Of a stretch of 44,877 nt of DNA, positions 24,750 to 32,687 are shown piece by piece. The notes beneath the pieces are model-generated. The model worked only from the letters and a program-made list of their open reading frames with translations. It made no database searches and was not told the DNA's origin. The translations under genes were made by a program, and so were the position numbers. Numbering within the stretch: position 1 is the first letter of the stretch; every line of letters starts with the position of its first letter. The stretch comes from an uncultured Muribaculaceae bacterium (GTDB lineage: Bacteria > Pseudomonadota > Alphaproteobacteria > Rs-D84): assembly GCA_964368385.1 (NCBI GenBank), contig CAYJAG010000002.1:1-44877 (forward strand), given 5' to 3'.

Positions 24750-25613
24750 GTGAAACATATACCTGTTCTTTTGGAAAGTGTGTTGAAAACACTGGGCGAC
24801 ATCAATGGTAAAACTATTGTTGATGGGACTTTTGGGGCCGGCGGTTATACTCGGGCTTTCTTGGAGCGTGGCGCCGGGGTTATCGCCTTTGACCGCGATT
24901 CATCCGTAATTTCAATCGCAGAAACATTTGCAGACGAATTAGGCGATAGATTTCAATTTATAAATTCCCCTTTTTCTGATTTAGGTAAAATCCAAAATAA
25001 AGCAGACGCAATCGTATTTGATTTTGGTGTTTCATCCATGCAGATTGATACCCCAGAACGTGGATTTTCTTGGCGATTTGATGCCGCCCTGGATATGAGA
25101 ATGTGCAATGTTCAAAGTGCAAAGTGCAATGAAATTACGGCTGCAGAATTGATAGAAAATTTATCTGTATCCGAAATTGCAAAAATTCTGAATGATTATG
25201 GGGATGTTAAAAAAGCGGGGCCAATCGCGCGAGCGATAAAGGCGGCCCTGCCCCAGACTACATTTGGTTTGCGTGATTTAATTCATAATCCAAAAGATGT
25301 TGCCCCAGTGTTCCAGGCCTTGCGCATTGCTGTAAATGATGAACTGGGTCAAATTTCTGCCGCATTAGATTCAGTGCCTAATTTATTGAATTCTGATGGA
25401 ATTTGCGCGTGTGTTACTTTCCACTCACTGGAAGACAGAATTGTTAAATCAAAATTCCGCGAATGGACAACCCCCATAGGCGATCCACGATTTCCGGCCG
25501 CACCAGCCCCATTTTCAGCATTAAAAACTTATCGTCCATCGGAACCTGAGTTGGAATTAAATCCACGGGCCCGTTCCGCGCATTTGCGGGCGGTTAAAAA
25601 AATATGTGATTGA
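24750..25613 (+). CDS. rsmH: 16S rRNA (cytosine1402-N4)-methyltransferase RsmH
   Basis: 287 aa with a GTG start. HIPVLLESVL, DGTFGAGGYTRAFLE, DFGVSSMQIDTPERGFS and FHSLEDRIVK motifs. Confidence 0.9.
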   Translation: MKHIPVLLESVLKTLGDINGKTIVDGTFGAGGYTRAFLERGAGVIAFDRDSSVISIAETFADELGDRFQFINSPFSDLGKIQNKADAIVFDFGVSSMQIDTPERGFSWRFDAALDMRMCNVQSAKCNEITAAELIENLSVSEIAKILNDYGDVKKAGPIARAIKAALPQTTFGLRDLIHNPKDVAPVFQALRIAVNDELGQISAALDSVPNLLNSDGICACVTFHSLEDRIVKSKFREWTTPIGDPRFPAAPAPFSALKTYRPSEPELELNPRARSAHLRAVKKICD

Positions 25614-25661
25614 CGCACTGCGCGTAATTTTGTAATCTGGTTTCACAAAAAGGAAGAAAAA

Positions 25662-26162
25662 GTGAAAAAGTTTTTATTTGGAATTTTATTGGCTGTTGGC
25701 GCGGTGGGCGCGGCATCTGCTGTTTGCCCAGTATGCACGGTTGCGGTTGGCGCGGGACTGGAAAGCGCACGTTTGCTGGGTGTTGATGATGTAATTACTG
25801 GAATATGGGCAGGCGGATTGACGCTTTCTGTATTCTTTTGGACTGCAGGCTGGTTGAAAAAGCACAATATAAAAAGCATTTTATGGCAGATAATAGTGCC
25901 CTTTATTTCATATTATGTGTTGATGGCTGGTGTATATTTAATGCCGGGCATAAACTTTGGCGAACAAAGAATGTTTGGTATTGATAAATTTTTGCTGGGC
26001 GTGATTGTTGGAACATTCGCGTTTTATCTGGGCGCGCGCTGGTATGCGAAAATAAAGCAGAACAACGGCGGGCATGCGAAATTCGCATTCCAAAAGGTTA
26101 TTGTTCCCCTTTCCTTTTTGTTGGTCGCCACCGCAGTATTCGCAGCAATAATTTATTTGTAA
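25662..26162 (+). CDS. Five-TM membrane protein with an intramembrane CPVC motif, no family recognised
   Basis: 166 aa. GTG start preceded by AAGGAAG. TM1 is FLFGILLAVGAVGAASAVCPVCTVAVGAGL, and four further hydrophobic helices follow. Confidence 0.7.
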   Translation: MKKFLFGILLAVGAVGAASAVCPVCTVAVGAGLESARLLGVDDVITGIWAGGLTLSVFFWTAGWLKKHNIKSILWQIIVPFISYYVLMAGVYLMPGINFGEQRMFGIDKFLLGVIVGTFAFYLGARWYAKIKQNNGGHAKFAFQKVIVPLSFLLVATAVFAAIIYL

Positions 26163-26178
26163 ACCAAGGGATTATTAA

Positions 26179-26769
26179 ATGAAAAAATCTGATAAAAAAC
26201 TGACACTGGAAGAGTTGATAAAAAAAGCGGACAATGCAAAAAAAGCAAATCCGTTGGACTTGTCTTCGGATCAAGATTTAACTATTGCTTTGATGAATTT
26301 GGTTTCATTGGAAGAACACTTCTTTTTCAGCGGCGCAAAAACAGGCAAAGTCGGATTTTATGATTTGATAAATACAGTTCGCGAAATGCGCAAAGAATTG
26401 ATGCTGCGTATTGTAAAATCTAATAATGCACAAGATGGCGAAGTATGGTGCATTTCTAAACATTTGCTGGCGGCATCCATGCGACTGAAAGAAGTTGGGG
26501 ATAAAGCAAATGCCCAGGGTAAAAAGAAAGATGCCCAAGATTTGTACGCCAAAGCATACGATTTGTATTCCCTGTTCTGGGGAATAAATATGGATTTGAT
26601 AGACCTGGATGGGGTAAAAAAAATAGAAGGCGAAATTTTGCCTTATACTCCGGGCGCAGCATGCGATAGCACAAAACTAAAAGTTGCAAAAAAATCAGCA
26701 GATAAAAAATCCACGGTTAAACGTTTGGGCGAATGGGTAAAAAACGCCGTAAATTGCTGTATTGAATAA
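26179..26769 (+). CDS. Soluble helical protein ending in vicinal cysteines (…VNCCIE), no family recognised
   Basis: 196 aa, starting 16 nt after the previous stop. Motif is DLTIALMNLVSLEEHFFFSGAKTG. Cys occur at EVWCISKH, GAACDS and NCCIE. Confidence 0.7.
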   Translation: MKKSDKKLTLEELIKKADNAKKANPLDLSSDQDLTIALMNLVSLEEHFFFSGAKTGKVGFYDLINTVREMRKELMLRIVKSNNAQDGEVWCISKHLLAASMRLKEVGDKANAQGKKKDAQDLYAKAYDLYSLFWGINMDLIDLDGVKKIEGEILPYTPGAACDSTKLKVAKKSADKKSTVKRLGEWVKNAVNCCIE

Positions 26770-26813
26770 AAATTTGCTTTCAGAATTTATTTTACTAAAA
26801 TCACGCTAGTTCC

Positions 26814-26887
26814 GCGGGCGTAGTCCAATGGTAGAATGTAAGCTTCCCAAGCTTGAGACGAGGGTTCGATTCCCTTCGCCCGCACCA
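26814..26887 (+). tRNA. tRNA-Gly (anticodon CCC)
   Basis: GCGGGCGTAGTCCAATGGTAGAATGTAAGCTTCCCAAGCTTGAGACGAGGGTTCGATTCCCTTCGCCCGCACCA. Anticodon loop is TTCCCAA, with encoded CCA. The first 26 nt are identical to the tRNA-Gly(UCC) gene at 8377-8450. Confidence 0.92.
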
Positions 26888-26907
26888 TTTATAAAAAGGC
26901 TTATAAA

Positions 26908-27873
26908 ATGATAGACTATAACAAAATTGCAGCAGAAGTTTTAGATACTGAAATAAAAGGTTTGGCAGAGCTGAAAAATGCACTTGTAGCGGATTCTGCA
27001 TTTGGCCGAGCAGTTGATTTATTGCTTCGCCGCACTGGCGCAATAGTTGTAACTGGTATGGGAAAATCCGGACACATTGCAAAGAAAATTGCTACAACAA
27101 TGTCCAGCACCGGCAGTCGCGCATTTTTTCTGCACCCGGGCGAAGCATCACATGGCGACATGTCAATCATTTCCCCCCAAGATGTAATTATCGCTATTTC
27201 TAACTCTGGTGAGTCAAAAGAGCTTTCAGACATCGTAGGTTATGCCAAGCGGTTCAGTGTTCCACTGATTTCAATTACTCGTGCGGCGGATTCTACCCTG
27301 GCGCGCGCTGCAGATGTTTCATTGGTTATGCCCGCGGTTCCGGAATGTTGCATTATTGGTAAAGCACCGACAACCAGCATGGTTCAGACATTGGCCTTGG
27401 GCGATGTCTTGACCATTGTTCTAGAGCATGCAAATCATTTGACCCCAGATATGTATAAAAATTGGCACCCGGGTGGAAAATTGGGCGCATCCCTTATCCG
27501 TGTTTCGGATTTAATGCACAAGGGTGAGGAGCTGCCGATAGTGAATGAAAGTGATTCATTTGAAACGGCGGTTGCGGTAATGGGTCAACCCGTGCGCTTT
27601 GGTTGCGTCGGGGTGGTTAACTCAGCGGGTAAAATGGTTGGAATTTTGACAGATGGCGACATCCGCCGTCATGTTTCAGATGGTCTGACGGGCAAAAAAA
27701 TGCATGAAATAATGAAGGCAAGCCCGTTTACCATCGGTTCGGACACGGTTGCGACCGAGGCTTTGCGCATTCTGAATGAAAAACAGATTCAGACCCTGTT
27801 TATACTTGATGATGCGGGTCGTCCGATTGGAATCATAAACTTTCATGATTTGCTGAAAGCTGGAATTGCTTGA
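26908..27873 (+). CDS. kpsF: Arabinose-5-phosphate isomerase (KpsF/GutQ family; SIS plus tandem CBS)
   Basis: 321 aa. VTGMGKSGHIAKKIATTMSSTGSRAFFLHPGEASHGD is the SIS motif, and two CBS repeats occupy the C-terminal third. Confidence 0.88.
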   Translation: MIDYNKIAAEVLDTEIKGLAELKNALVADSAFGRAVDLLLRRTGAIVVTGMGKSGHIAKKIATTMSSTGSRAFFLHPGEASHGDMSIISPQDVIIAISNSGESKELSDIVGYAKRFSVPLISITRAADSTLARAADVSLVMPAVPECCIIGKAPTTSMVQTLALGDVLTIVLEHANHLTPDMYKNWHPGGKLGASLIRVSDLMHKGEELPIVNESDSFETAVAVMGQPVRFGCVGVVNSAGKMVGILTDGDIRRHVSDGLTGKKMHEIMKASPFTIGSDTVATEALRILNEKQIQTLFILDDAGRPIGIINFHDLLKAGIA

Positions 27874-27898
27874 CTTTTGGATTTTTCTGCGCAATAAT
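27870..27898 (+). promoter_or_regulatory. Sigma70-type promoter of the rpsP operon
   Basis: TTGACT (27870-27875), 17 nt, AATAAT (27893-27898). It overlaps the kpsF stop. Confidence 0.55.
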
Positions 27899-27940
27899 TA
27901 CGGCAACCAAATAAAAACTCCTTCGCCTGTGGGCGCGGGA

Positions 27941-27978
27941 CACCGAACGGCAAGTTTTGCTTTCGGTGGATTTTTATT
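27941..27978 (+). promoter_or_regulatory. Terminator-like hairpin in the rpsP 5' leader (candidate attenuator or r-protein leader)
   Basis: CACCGAA-c-GGCAA-GTT-TTGC-t-TTCGGTG followed by GATTTTTATT, ending about 22 nt before ATG 28001. Confidence 0.35.
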
Positions 27979-28000
27979 GAAAAAACCAAAAGGAAAAAAT

Positions 28001-28483
28001 ATGGCAGTTGTAATCAGACTTGCTCGGTACGGCGCAAAAAAACGCCCTTATTATCACATTGTTGTAACAGACAGCCGCGAAGCACGTAATTCCGGAAATA
28101 TATTGGAAGTTATCGGAAAATATAATCCTATGGCAGCAAAAGATTCAGCGGATCGCATAACATTGGACGCAGACAAGGCAAAATCTTGGATGTCCAAGGG
28201 TGCGCGTCCGTCGGACAGAGTTTATAAGTTTTTGGCTAACGCAGGCGTTGTTTCTGCAAAACCATATCCAGTGCAGACAAAGAAAAATCAGCCATCTGAA
28301 AAAACACAGATGAAACTGAAAGACAAAGAAGCAAAATTGGCGAAAATAGCCGAAGCCAAAGCAGCAGCAGAAGCTGCAGCCAAGGCGGAATCTGAAAAGC
28401 CAGTCGAAGCCCCTGTAGTGGAAGAAGCTCCAGCAGCAGAAGTTGTTGCAGAAGAAGCCCCAACTGAAGCAGCAGCTGAATAA
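28001..28483 (+). CDS. rpsP: 30S ribosomal protein S16 with Ala/Glu-rich C-terminal extension
   Basis: Internal ATG at 28001 (AAAGGAAAAAAT upstream) gives MAVVIRLARYGAKKRPYYHIVVTDSREARNSG. The tail is AKAAAEAAAKAESEKPVEAPVVEEAPAAE. Confidence 0.93.
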   Translation: MAVVIRLARYGAKKRPYYHIVVTDSREARNSGNILEVIGKYNPMAAKDSADRITLDADKAKSWMSKGARPSDRVYKFLANAGVVSAKPYPVQTKKNQPSEKTQMKLKDKEAKLAKIAEAKAAAEAAAKAESEKPVEAPVVEEAPAAEVVAEEAPTEAAAE

Positions 28484-28489
28484 AATTTA

Positions 28490-28921
28490 ATGAACAGCAC
28501 TGACAAAATTCTTGTTGGAAAAATTGTTGGCGCGCAGGGTTTGCGCGGCGAGATTCGTGTGCAGACTTATACTGAAAATGCAGATGATTTCAGAGTGCTT
28601 AAGTTTGCAGGTATGAATTTAAAATTCGTTCGCGCATTACCCAGTTCATCGGTTGTGATTATGAAAGCTGAAAATGCTGATGATCGCAATGCGGCCGAGG
28701 CTTTGCGCGGAACGGAACTTTTCATAGACAGGTCCGCCCTGCCCGAACTTTCATCTGGTGAATTTTACCATGCGGATTTAATCGGAATGTCTGTAAATGA
28801 TAATGTTGTCGTTGCTGTTCATAATTTTGGTGCTGGGGATATTTTAGAGCTGGATAGCGGAGAAATGATTCCCTTTGCGGGCGCCAAAGTCGATTTGAAA
28901 AATAAAAAAATTACGCTATAA
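28490..28921 (+). CDS. rimM: 16S rRNA processing protein RimM (short form)
   Basis: 143 aa. ILVGKIVGAQGLRGEIRVQTYTE is the RimM N-terminal motif, followed by a PRC-barrel-like C-terminus. Canonical position after rpsP. Confidence 0.85.
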   Translation: MNSTDKILVGKIVGAQGLRGEIRVQTYTENADDFRVLKFAGMNLKFVRALPSSSVVIMKAENADDRNAAEALRGTELFIDRSALPELSSGEFYHADLIGMSVNDNVVVAVHNFGAGDILELDSGEMIPFAGAKVDLKNKKITL

Positions 28922-28936
28922 AAAAGGTATGTTGGT

Positions 28937-29206
28937 ATGGAATCGGATAAAAATTTTGATGTAAATCGTTTCAATAAAATAGATTTGTGGAGTAAAGATA
29001 ATTATACAAACACAACTAATGTTCGGTACGGAAATAATAAATTTCATATTGGTATTAAAGAAGGTGATGTAGAAATACGTGGTGATATGAAAATTGGTTC
29101 GTACATATCGGTTGATAAAGATGATAAATTTAAAATTACTTCTATAACCATCATTCCAGCAGCATTGTTCAATAAAATTAAACAAGAACAATCCCTTAAA
29201 AGATAA
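28937..29206 (+). CDS. AT-rich orphan ORF inserted between rimM and trmD
   Basis: 89 aa on the same strand as the operon, with AAAGG about 10 nt upstream. No family recognised. An antisense ORF of similar length (28916-29191) is also open, so coding status is uncertain. Confidence 0.4.
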   Translation: MESDKNFDVNRFNKIDLWSKDNYTNTTNVRYGNNKFHIGIKEGDVEIRGDMKIGSYISVDKDDKFKITSITIIPAALFNKIKQEQSLKR

Positions 29207-29214
29207 GATTAAAA

Positions 29215-29955
29215 ATGCACTTTAACATTCTGACCATTTTTCCAGAGATGTTTCCAGGGACCCTTGGCGGTGGAGTTGTTGGGCGTGCATTGAAAAACGA
29301 TGTTTGGTCGTATGATTCAATAAATCTGCGCGATTTTGGTGTTGGCAACTACAAGGCCGTTGACGATGAACAATTTGGTGGTGGCGCCGGTCAGGTCATG
29401 ATGCCAGAGCCAATCGCCCAATCTATAGATTTTGCTATTGAATCTGCCATAAAAAAGCAAAAAGCAAAGAGCAAAGAGCAAATAAAAATTATTTATTTTT
29501 CACCGCGCGGACGGGTTTGGAATCAAAAGATGGCAAGAAAACTTGTTTCAGAATTCAACCATCAACCTTCAACCTTCATCCTTTTATGTGGTAGATACGA
29601 AGGCATAGACCAACGCGTTATTGACGAGTATGAAATCGATGAAATAAGCATTGGTGATTATATTCTGTCAGGTGGGGAAATAGCGGCACAGGTTTTTATT
29701 GACAGCGTGGTTCGTCTGATGGATAATGTGTTGCACGGTGGCCATGAGTCCACCGAAAACGAAAGTTTTGAAATCGGGGGGTTAGAATGGCCGTTATACA
29801 CCCGCCCGTCAGCATGGCGTGGACGCAATGTCCCAGAAGTCCTGTTGTCTGGTCATCACGGCAATATAGAAAGATGGCAGAAAACTATGTCGGACGAAAC
29901 AACAAAAGAAAGACGTCCGGATTTATTAAAGGAAAAACAAGATGAACTTAATTAA
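29215..29955 (+). CDS. trmD: tRNA (guanine37-N1)-methyltransferase TrmD
   Basis: 246 aa. [24 protein letters not shown] and [12 protein letters not shown] motifs. Confidence 0.93.
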   Translation: MHFNILTIFPEMFPGTLGGGVVGRALKNDVWSYDSINLRDFGVGNYKAVDDEQFGGGAGQVMMPEPIAQSIDFAIESAIKKQKAKSKEQIKIIYFSPRGRVWNQKMARKLVSEFNHQPSTFILLCGRYEGIDQRVIDEYEIDEISIGDYILSGGEIAAQVFIDSVVRLMDNVLHGGHESTENESFEIGGLEWPLYTRPSAWRGRNVPEVLLSGHHGNIERWQKTMSDETTKERRPDLLKEKQDELN

Positions 29956-30319
29956 AAAAATTGAAAAAAAACAAATTGAAAAATTGACTGCGGACAAGAA
30001 AACCCCCAACTTCAAGGCTGGCGATACTTTGAAAGTCTATGTCAAAATCAAAGACGGGGAAAAATTCCGTACTCAGGTATTCGAGGGCGTTATTATTGCT
30101 CGTGATGGCAATGCATCATTCACAATTCGTAAGGAATCCTATGGCATAGGTGTCGAACGCAAGTTCCCATTGTATTCTCCTGCGATTGAAAAAATAGAGA
30201 AAGTTCGTATCGGAAAAGTGCGTCGTGCAAAGTTATTCTTTTTGCGTGGCTTGTCTGGCAAAAAGGCCCGTATTGTGGAAGATTTGGCAGCAACCGCGGC
30301 GGAAAAAAATGCAAAATAA
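29942..30319 (+). CDS. rplS: 50S ribosomal protein L19
   Basis: 125 aa. [35 protein letters not shown] and [10 protein letters not shown] motifs. 14-nt overlap with trmD. Confidence 0.95.
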   Translation: MNLIKKIEKKQIEKLTADKKTPNFKAGDTLKVYVKIKDGEKFRTQVFEGVIIARDGNASFTIRKESYGIGVERKFPLYSPAIEKIEKVRIGKVRRAKLFFLRGLSGKKARIVEDLAATAAEKNAK

Positions 30320-30362
30320 TTTCGTGCTGTTTGCACAGAAATTATTTAATAAATAATGAACA

Positions 30363-30761
30363 ATGAAAAGTGTCACAAATAATTTTTGCACAATCTTTGC
30401 AAAACGCGTTATTTGCGTTGGCTTTTCTTTGTTCGTTGTTTTTGGCTCGTTAAATGTATTTGCTGCGGAAAATGGATTTATTGAAAAAAACACTGCTGTC
30501 ATCCGATTTATGAACAAAGCTGCGGGAAAAACGCACACTGCATCATTACCTGTCGCCAGAAAAGCACAAGTTGAAAAACTATCAGTGGTCGTTCGCGCGT
30601 GCAAGCAAACCGGCCCGTACACGGCGGAAAATTTTTATATGTTTGTGGAAATTGAAAAAAACGGCAAAAAGATTTTCAGCGGATGGATGGACAGGAATGA
30701 GCCTGGTGACAATCCACTACAAGATGCTGACTATGATTTGTGGCTGATAAAGTGCGAATAA
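30363..30761 (+). CDS. DUF2155-family periplasmic protein
   Basis: 132 aa with a signal peptide (VICVGFSLFVVFGSLNVFA|AE). AVIRFMNKAAGKTHTASLPV...VVVRACKQTGPY...FSGWM...DYDLWLIKC fits the alphaproteobacterial DUF2155 pattern as I recall it. Confidence 0.75.
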   Translation: MKSVTNNFCTIFAKRVICVGFSLFVVFGSLNVFAAENGFIEKNTAVIRFMNKAAGKTHTASLPVARKAQVEKLSVVVRACKQTGPYTAENFYMFVEIEKNGKKIFSGWMDRNEPGDNPLQDADYDLWLIKCE

Positions 30762-30771
30762 GGAGAAAACG

Positions 30772-31080
30772 ATGAAATTTGTAAAATCAAATCTGAAATT
30801 GGTTGTTGGGATTTTGGCACTGGCTTTGGCCGTGTCGGTGTTTTTTATTGCTATGAAAGCACAAAGTAATTTAGAAGAAGGAAATCTGCGCGCATGGCTT
30901 TCTGCATCTGATACCAGACGTGCTGCTGCAGTTGAAATTCTTTCCGGAACTTCAGAAAATTCTGATCTGATGATTAGTTGCGTTTCTAAAATGGCATCGA
31001 TGCCAGATTCAGGACAAGTAAAAGTCCGTGATGCGGTATCCTTGTGCTCTATTGGGATTGCGCTTCGTGATGACAACTAA
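30772..31080 (+). CDS. Small membrane-anchored protein, no family recognised
   Basis: 102 aa. N-terminal TM is LKLVVGILALALAVSVFFIAM. The 3' end overlaps the tsaD start by 11 nt. Confidence 0.55.
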   Translation: MKFVKSNLKLVVGILALALAVSVFFIAMKAQSNLEEGNLRAWLSASDTRRAAAVEILSGTSENSDLMISCVSKMASMPDSGQVKVRDAVSLCSIGIALRDDN

Positions 31081-32107
31081 AAATCTCCTTTGTCTGGGTA
31101 TTGAATCTTCATGCGATGAAACCAGCGCGGCGATTGTCGGTCGCAGTCGCGAAATTTTGTCGCACATCATTTATTCTCAAATTCCCGAACATCAAAAATA
31201 TGGCGGCGTAGTACCAGAATTGGCCGCGCGCGCGCATATTTTGGCGATAGATGAAGTTGTGGAAAAAGCCTTGGTGGCCGCCGGAAAGACCATCGCGGAC
31301 ATTGATGTTATTGCAGCAACAGCCGGCCCGGGCTTGATTGGCGGTGTGTTGGTTGGTTGGGAATTCGCAACTGGACTGGCGCAGGCAACCGATAAACCAT
31401 TGGTTGCAGTGAATCATTTAGAGGGGCACGCTCTGGTTCCCCGGTTAACAAATAATGTTACATTTCCTTATTTATTGATGTTGGCATCTGGTGGTCATTC
31501 CCAGATTTTATTGGCACGTGGGGTCGGAGATTATGAAATAATTGGTCAAACATTGGACGACAGCGCGGGCGAGGCTTTTGATAAAGTTGCCAAGATGTTG
31601 GGTTTGGGTTATCCCGGCGGCCCTGCCATTGATTCGTGTTCAACTTTGGGTGATGAAAAAGCATTTAATTTTCCGCGACCATTATGTAATAAACAGGGAT
31701 GTGATTTTTCTTTCAGTGGAATAAAGACCGCGGTGCGGACTCAGATAGCAAAAATGGACGGAAATTTAAGCCAGAAATTCATAAACGATTGCGCGGCATC
31801 GTTCCAAGCCGCTGTGGTTGATTGCATCATAAATCGTTTGCAAAATGCATTATCAGATTCACGAGTGATTGATGCAGACCCGCGTACAATAGTTGTTGCA
31901 GGTGGCGTTGCAAAGAATTCTGCTATACGCGCAGCAACAGAGAAAATGGCAAAAGCTGCAAGGATGGATTTTGCTGCGCCAGCATTAAATTTATGCACAG
32001 ATAACGGCGCGATGATTGCGTGGGCTGGAATTGAAAACTTTTTGCTGGGACGAGTCGTGCATGAGCCTGTTGCCCCCCGCCCCCGTTGGCCTTTGACAGA
32101 GCTGTGA
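31070..32107 (+). CDS. tsaD: tRNA N6-adenosine threonylcarbamoyltransferase TsaD
   Basis: Internal ATG at 31070 gives MTTKNLLCLGIESSCDETSAAIV. VNHLEGH and GGVAKNSAIR motifs are present. Confidence 0.92.
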   Translation: MTTKNLLCLGIESSCDETSAAIVGRSREILSHIIYSQIPEHQKYGGVVPELAARAHILAIDEVVEKALVAAGKTIADIDVIAATAGPGLIGGVLVGWEFATGLAQATDKPLVAVNHLEGHALVPRLTNNVTFPYLLMLASGGHSQILLARGVGDYEIIGQTLDDSAGEAFDKVAKMLGLGYPGGPAIDSCSTLGDEKAFNFPRPLCNKQGCDFSFSGIKTAVRTQIAKMDGNLSQKFINDCAASFQAAVVDCIINRLQNALSDSRVIDADPRTIVVAGGVAKNSAIRAATEKMAKAARMDFAAPALNLCTDNGAMIAWAGIENFLLGRVVHEPVAPRPRWPLTEL

Positions 32108-32108
32108 A

Positions 32109-32648
32109 ATGAGAGCGGAAAAACGCGATTTTTTATACAAAATAGCGACGGCAGAATTGATGGCCAAGGCCGCCCAGATTGATAAAGAAATTAATCAATC
32201 TAAAACGAATTTGAATGTTCATTATAGTTTGGGTTATCTGACAAATTATTTGCGCACAATTTTTACAAATAAACGGGCCATGGATTTTGTTTTTGATGCG
32301 CCACGAAAATTTTATACTTATTCGTCTTTGATGTGCGACTCGTTGGCTTTGATTTTCGAGGCGACCGGTGGGAATAAATTCTGGCGTGTAAAGTATATCA
32401 GCAACAAGGACTGGGATAATGGGCCACATTGGTATTTGGAAACAAAGTCAGGGATGGTTTTTGACATTACCTATGACCAGTATTCAGTAAGAAAGATAAA
32501 TATACCATATGATTTGGGTCAGGATTACACAAATCTACCGCTTAACCAAATCGGAAATATAGCCATGGCAAACAGATTGGCACAGGTTTGTAATATAGAT
32601 TTTCAGGGTATAGTAATGCAAAATAAAAGCAAGAATGAGAACTTTTAA
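32109..32648 (+). CDS. Orphan protein with a Cys...His...Asp arrangement (possible papain-like fold)
   Basis: 179 aa, starting 1 nt after the tsaD stop. YSSLMCDSLALIF ... GPHWYLETKSGMVFDITYDQY. AT-rich. The fold assignment is a guess from residue order only. Confidence 0.6.
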   Translation: MRAEKRDFLYKIATAELMAKAAQIDKEINQSKTNLNVHYSLGYLTNYLRTIFTNKRAMDFVFDAPRKFYTYSSLMCDSLALIFEATGGNKFWRVKYISNKDWDNGPHWYLETKSGMVFDITYDQYSVRKINIPYDLGQDYTNLPLNQIGNIAMANRLAQVCNIDFQGIVMQNKSKNENF

Positions 32649-32687
32649 TAATGTTTGATGCGTATGCGCCCTACCCATTTGACCGAA

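Noticed and set aside
26801-27082. 93-aa minus-strand ORF.
   Set aside because: It is antisense to tRNA-Gly(CCC) and to the 5' end of kpsF. Both of those have strong independent support.
28916-29191. 91-aa minus-strand ORF antisense to the rimM-trmD spacer ORF.
   Set aside because: It is opposite to the operon direction and has no start signals. Its product is Phe/Ile/Asn-rich with low complexity. It serves only as a warning that the plus-strand 89-aa ORF is itself uncertain.
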